Shown in pieces: positions 60,121-64,000 of a stretch of 64,000 nucleotides of DNA. The notes under the pieces were generated by a model. It made no database searches and had not been told where the DNA came from. It saw only the letters and a list, made by a program, of their open reading frames with translations. The translations under genes were made by a program, and so were the position numbers. This stretch comes from an uncultured bacterium (lineage in GTDB: Bacteria > Patescibacteriota > Minisyncoccia > Phycocordibacterales > GWA1-40-21). The stretch spans positions 656,465 to 720,464 of the forward strand of contig CAWCTC010000001.1 of NCBI GenBank assembly GCA_963798465.1, read 5' to 3'. Within the stretch, counting starts at the first letter, position 1; every line of letters begins with the position of its first letter.

Positions 60121-60957
60121 ATGATAGAAATAAATCTAAAAGGCGGGCTAGGCAATCAAATGTTTGAATATTCGGCTGCAAGAAATTTGAGCATAAAATA
60201 TAAAACAGATTTGGTTTTGAATACCGAATATTTTTCAAACATTCCAAAAGGAGATGTCGTCAGAAAATATCAGCTTGATATTTTCAATATAGACAAAGAT
60301 GCCAAGATAAAAGATAAGATAAGCCCAGCATTAAAATTAACGCAGAAAATAATATTCAAATTACTCGGTGAAAAAATACCTTATAAAATATCACTTTTAT
60401 TGTTAAAATTCAGACTTTCAATACATTTGGACGGATATTTCCAAAGTGAAAAATATTTTAAGGATATCAGGAATATCCTATTGAAGGAATTCACTTTAAC
60501 AAAAAATCTCGGCAACGAAGCAAAAAAAATAAAAGATGTTTTGGAAAAATCCGAAGGAGTCGCGATAAATATCCGCCGGGGAGATTATCTGAGGCCAGAT
60601 TATATGAAATTATACGGCTCTCCTGCCAAGGAATATTATAATCAAGCCATTTCATATATGAAAAATAAAATTGAAAATCCGACATTCTGCATTTTTTCCG
60701 ATGATCCAGAGTGGACCAGAAAAGAATTCAAGATTGACGGCGCAATATTCGCCGGAAACGATATTCTGAAAGATTATGAGCAGATGTATTTGATGTCTAT
60801 CTGCAAACACAACATAATCGCAAACTCATCTTTTGCTTGGTGGGGCGCATGGCTGAATAAAAATCAAAATAAAATTGTCATTGCTCCAAAGCAATGGACC
60901 GTCGCAAAAAATTCAGATGAATTGGATATTCTGCCGAAAGAGTGGATTAAAATCTAA
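60121..60957 (+). CDS. Glycosyltransferase family 11 (alpha-1,2-fucosyltransferase)
   Basis: 'GGLGNQMFEYSAA', 'AINIRRGDYL' and 'IIANSSFAWWGAWL'. Confidence 0.85.
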   Translation: MIEINLKGGLGNQMFEYSAARNLSIKYKTDLVLNTEYFSNIPKGDVVRKYQLDIFNIDKDAKIKDKISPALKLTQKIIFKLLGEKIPYKISLLLLKFRLSIHLDGYFQSEKYFKDIRNILLKEFTLTKNLGNEAKKIKDVLEKSEGVAINIRRGDYLRPDYMKLYGSPAKEYYNQAISYMKNKIENPTFCIFSDDPEWTRKEFKIDGAIFAGNDILKDYEQMYLMSICKHNIIANSSFAWWGAWLNKNQNKIVIAPKQWTVAKNSDELDILPKEWIKI

Positions 60958-61651
60958 AAATAAATCTGGACAGAGCCAAAAATCTTACTGCAATTCCTTT
61001 AAATATCATTGAAAAATGGTATTTGTTTGTTATCTGTTCTTCATGCATGCGGTATTTTAAAAGTTCTTCCTGAATATTTCCGGTTTTATATTTGAAAACT
61101 ATTCTTGTCCAGAGCTCGTAGTCTTCTATATGCTTGAAAAACATCTTGTATCCGCCGACTTTTTCAAAAACATCTTTCCTGAAAATTACAGACGGATGGA
61201 TAAATGGATTATGAAGCAAAGCAAAAGTTTTTATCTTTTCTGAAACCGGAGGATAATTTAATTCTTTTATTTTATTTCCAGAATCATCGACAGCTTCCGC
61301 CCAAGCGCCGCAAACTGCCAAATTATTATCTTCGATAAATTTAATCTGCTTCTCCAGCCTGTCCAGCATGGAAATATCATCCGCATCCATCCTGGCAATA
61401 TATTCTCCTTGCGCCATTTTAATTCCCTCATTTAAAGAAAATATGAGGCCTTCATTTTTTCTTGATATTACTTTTATTATTCCATCTTTATTTTGAAATT
61501 CTTTTATAATACTCAGACTTTTGTCGGTAGAGCCATCATCAATAATAATGAATTCAAAATCTTTTAATGACTGATTTAAAATGCTCTCAACAGCTTCTTT
61601 GAGATATTTTTCACCATTATATACTGACATTACAACGCTTATTTTTGGCAT
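60947..61651 (-). CDS. Glycosyltransferase family 2
   Basis: 'ISVVMSVYNGEKYLKEAVESILNQS..FEFIIIDDGSTD' and 'ARMDADD'. Confidence 0.85.
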   Translation of the reverse strand: MPKISVVMSVYNGEKYLKEAVESILNQSLKDFEFIIIDDGSTDKSLSIIKEFQNKDGIIKVISRKNEGLIFSLNEGIKMAQGEYIARMDADDISMLDRLEKQIKFIEDNNLAVCGAWAEAVDDSGNKIKELNYPPVSEKIKTFALLHNPFIHPSVIFRKDVFEKVGGYKMFFKHIEDYELWTRIVFKYKTGNIQEELLKYRMHEEQITNKYHFSMIFKGIAVRFLALSRFIFRF

Positions 61652-61654
61652 TTT

Positions 61655-61804
61655 TTATATATCTTCTATTATATCAAAATCATCGGCAGACAATTCGCCC
61701 TTCTCTATCCTGTCCGCTTCTTTTCTGCTTTCAGCACGGACAAGCAGTGCAAATATGGATGACAAAATAATGAGAACGAGAACAATTATAAACCATTTTG
61801 ACAT
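61655..61804 (-). CDS. Small single-TM protein (49 aa), 3 nt upstream of the GT2 gene
   Basis: Manual translation gives MSKWFIIVLVLIILSSIFALLVRAESRKEADRIEKGELSADDFDIIEDI. The ORF falls below the track cutoff. Confidence 0.45.
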   Translation of the reverse strand: MSKWFIIVLVLIILSSIFALLVRAESRKEADRIEKGELSADDFDIIEDI

Positions 61805-61914
61805 TCCGCAAAGAAATTTTAATGTTTTGATAATTTCGACTAAATATATTAATTAATTCTGTGTTTATTACTAAGCATAATTTAGAGGCCTTGCCTCTAA
61901 ATACGGGACAAGTA
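61805..61914 (-). repeat. Family-2 intergenic element, copy 2 (contains hairpin TTTAGAGG-CCTTG-CCTCTAAA)
   Basis: Shares 'CCGCAAAGAAATTTTAATGTTTTGATAATTTCGAC' and 'ACGGGACAAGTA' with 23161-23268. Confidence 0.65.
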
Positions 61915-61917
61915 ATT

Positions 61918-63891
61918 TTATACGCCTAAAATTTTTCTTAGCTCTTCCTCGGAAATTTCTTTTGCTCCGGGTTCTTCGGCTTTTGTTTTTCCATCTTCCG
62001 ATTTTTTTGGTTCTTCTTTTTTAATTTCCGGCTTAAATTCAGGTTTCGATTCTTCAATTTTTACTGATTCAATTTTTGGAGCTTCTGGTTTTGATTCAGT
62101 TTTTACCGGTATCTCAACTTTTTTCGGCTCGGTTTTTTTCATGACTGATGCAAGCACGGAACGAAGATCAGCCAAATTTTCCTGACTCATCGTTTTTACA
62201 TGACTCTCCGGCTTCACCTTGGACTGATTGTCAGAAACTGTTTCAGATTTTACTTCAGGAATATTTGTAGAAACTTCTTCTTTCGGCTCGGCAACAAATT
62301 TCTTGGCCAATTCTTTCAAAGGCAAAAAATCATCTTCGGCACTTTCCTCCATCGGTGGAAACTTCTTTTCATATTTTGGCTTTTCTTCTCTTGTCGGCTT
62401 CGGGGAAACTGGTTTGATATATTCTTTTTCTTTTGCTTCTGAAACTACAGGCGCCGGCTTCGGCTCATAAACCGGCTTTTTTATTTCAGGCTTCGCAATA
62501 ATAGTTTTAGATTCTGATGGAGCCGGATACTTTCTCATTCCATAGCTTGGACTTGAAGCAGCTGAAGCAGATTTGGATGCAGTTACCACTTTCATCGAAC
62601 TTTTCGCATCCTCTATCCATTTTCTGATAATTTCTTCAACTTCGGCGCGAGGTTTTGAAAAATTCTTTCTTGAATTTTCAATAATTTCAGTCCTGTAAGA
62701 AATCACGGGTTCTGGAAATGGCGGAAGAGACGATGCAGAAAATGGAACAGAACCAACGCCATCTATCATCAATTTCAAATACATTTGATATATGCCGAGA
62801 TTCACTAAATCTTCAGCTGTAAATTGCGGTGCGAATTCTTTTTCAAGAACTTCAGCATCATAGGCTCCGACACGAAATACTATCATTGTTCCAACGTTTC
62901 CAAACACGGCAGCTCTCACCTCTTCCGACATTTGCTCGACATACTGGTGCGCAATCGTAAGATTCAAATTATATTTTCTTGCTTCAGAAAGAATATCCGC
63001 AAAAGATTCATTGGCAAAAGATTGAAATTCATCCACATAAAGATAAAAGTTCGGCAAAGTTCGAAGAGTTTTTTCAGGAACATCGGCACGAGACATGGCA
63101 GCAAGATATATTTTTGTAATGAGCATCGAGCCAAGCAAATTTGCATTTGCCTCGCCGACTCTTCCTTTTGAAAGGTTGATTATCAGAATTTTTTTCTCAT
63201 CCATCAATTTTCTGATATCAAAAGATGATTTCGGCTGGCCGAGAATATTTCTTATCAGAGGATTTGCGGTAAATTGTCCAACTTTGTTTTGAATAGATGG
63301 AATTGCTTCTGCCGCTTGCCTTTCGGTATATTTTGCAAATTCATCAACCCAAAAACTTTTTACAGAAACATCTTTCACATTGTCCACAACTTTTTTTCTG
63401 TATTCTTTATCAGAAAGCAACCTGTTCACACCAAGAAGTGTTGAACCGGGATATTCGATGAGAGCGAGAAGAGAGTTCGTCAAGATATATTCCATTCTTG
63501 CAGACCAAGCATCAACCCAGATTTTTTTAAATGAACTCATGAGTCCGGCAACAACCAAATGCCTTTTATCTGCACCGATATCTTCAAGTACATTAAAAGA
63601 AATAGGATTTTCAACATCAAACGGAGCGAAGTAAACAACATCATTTAATCTTTCCGGCGGAATGTAATTTAGAAGCAATTCGGCCGTCTTTCCGTGCGGA
63701 TCCATAAAAGCCATACCTTCGCCATTTTGGAGGTCCTGAATGGCCATATTTTCAAGAAGAGTGGACTTTCCCATGCCGGTTTTACCGATAACATAGACAT
63801 GTTTCGTTCTATCTTTGGCTTTGATTCCAAATTTGACTTTTTTTCCGCGAGAATCCGTTTCTCCAAAGTATGTGATTTTTTCAGGATCCAT
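61918..63891 (-). CDS. VirD4/TraD/HerA-superfamily P-loop ATPase (T4SS coupling-protein-like) with ~230-aa Lys/Pro/Glu-rich tail
   Basis: Walker A 'GKTGMGKST', Walker B 'FYLYVDEFQSF' and 'LNLTIAHQYVEQM', followed by a low-complexity C-terminus. Confidence 0.6.
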   Translation of the reverse strand: MDPEKITYFGETDSRGKKVKFGIKAKDRTKHVYVIGKTGMGKSTLLENMAIQDLQNGEGMAFMDPHGKTAELLLNYIPPERLNDVVYFAPFDVENPISFNVLEDIGADKRHLVVAGLMSSFKKIWVDAWSARMEYILTNSLLALIEYPGSTLLGVNRLLSDKEYRKKVVDNVKDVSVKSFWVDEFAKYTERQAAEAIPSIQNKVGQFTANPLIRNILGQPKSSFDIRKLMDEKKILIINLSKGRVGEANANLLGSMLITKIYLAAMSRADVPEKTLRTLPNFYLYVDEFQSFANESFADILSEARKYNLNLTIAHQYVEQMSEEVRAAVFGNVGTMIVFRVGAYDAEVLEKEFAPQFTAEDLVNLGIYQMYLKLMIDGVGSVPFSASSLPPFPEPVISYRTEIIENSRKNFSKPRAEVEEIIRKWIEDAKSSMKVVTASKSASAASSPSYGMRKYPAPSESKTIIAKPEIKKPVYEPKPAPVVSEAKEKEYIKPVSPKPTREEKPKYEKKFPPMEESAEDDFLPLKELAKKFVAEPKEEVSTNIPEVKSETVSDNQSKVKPESHVKTMSQENLADLRSVLASVMKKTEPKKVEIPVKTESKPEAPKIESVKIEESKPEFKPEIKKEEPKKSEDGKTKAEEPGAKEISEEELRKILGV

Positions 63892-64000
63892 TTGAAATAT
63901 ATTATACCAAACTTTTCAGGACATACAAAATGCGTAATAAAAAAAGACGGTCTTCACCGCCTTTCTTGATTGTTTGATTATTCTGATTTTTGAGTCTGTT

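Noticed and set aside
1-64000. CRISPR array or cas genes.
   Set aside because: I found no series of regularly spaced direct repeats with unique spacers. The repeats present are dispersed hairpin elements in separate intergenic regions, and no Cas-like proteins appear in the ORF set.

Overview
The window is AT-rich and gene-dense, and about 85% of genes up to ~51.7 kb lie on the minus strand. The gene content and style suggest a reduced-genome, Gram-positive-like bacterium, possibly CPR/Patescibacteria (Parcubacteria-like). Supporting hints are short-form housekeeping proteins (EF-Ts 202 aa, PheS 252 aa, ThrRS without a TGS domain, Obg 327 aa), a sortase with a VPYTG-type substrate, and no Shine-Dalgarno sequence on most core genes. 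This placement is inference only.

Housekeeping genes recognised: rnr (partial), smc, rnc, nusB (fused to a Nudix domain), rpmF, rnhB, dnaE, thrS (with a T-box leader), gyrB, pheST, tRNA-Thr(UGU), tsf, rpsB, prfA, rpmE, rplY, rpe, rpiB, gatB, obg, mltG, secA and murB.

Accessory content:
- A sortase locus with repeat-domain surface proteins.
- A processive GT2 synthase next to a PEGA protein.
- An IS200/RAYT-like Y1 transposase flanked by hairpins.
- A four-helix-bundle (23S-IVS-type) gene flanked by GACTTT inverted repeats.
- An HNH endonuclease next to the tRNA.
- A ~10-kb plus-strand glycan operon (Wzx, GT4, GT8, GT6, GT11, GT2, two FkbM and one other methyltransferase) next to an O-antigen-ligase-like/TPR membrane protein.
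- A VirD4/HerA-like ATPase.

Observations most worth a second look:
1. Several families of structured intergenic repeats show compensatory stem substitutions, and some sit directly against start codons.
2. An NlpC/P60 (C40) domain with an intact Cys-His-His triad is inserted inside the B5 region of PheT.
3. A NusB-Nudix fusion lies next to RNase III.
4. GT6 plus GT11 together predict a blood-group A/B-like glycan.
5. Two ~2.3-2.8-kb patches (smc; hypothetical gene plus dnaE) carry about one frame-breaking indel per ~200 bp. The intervening DNA is clean, apart from single indels in gyrB, secA and a lytic transglycosylase.
6. Strong SD sequences occur only on a subset of orphan genes.

No CRISPR array, rRNA or evidence for stop-codon reassignment was seen. 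I could not identify a named defence system.
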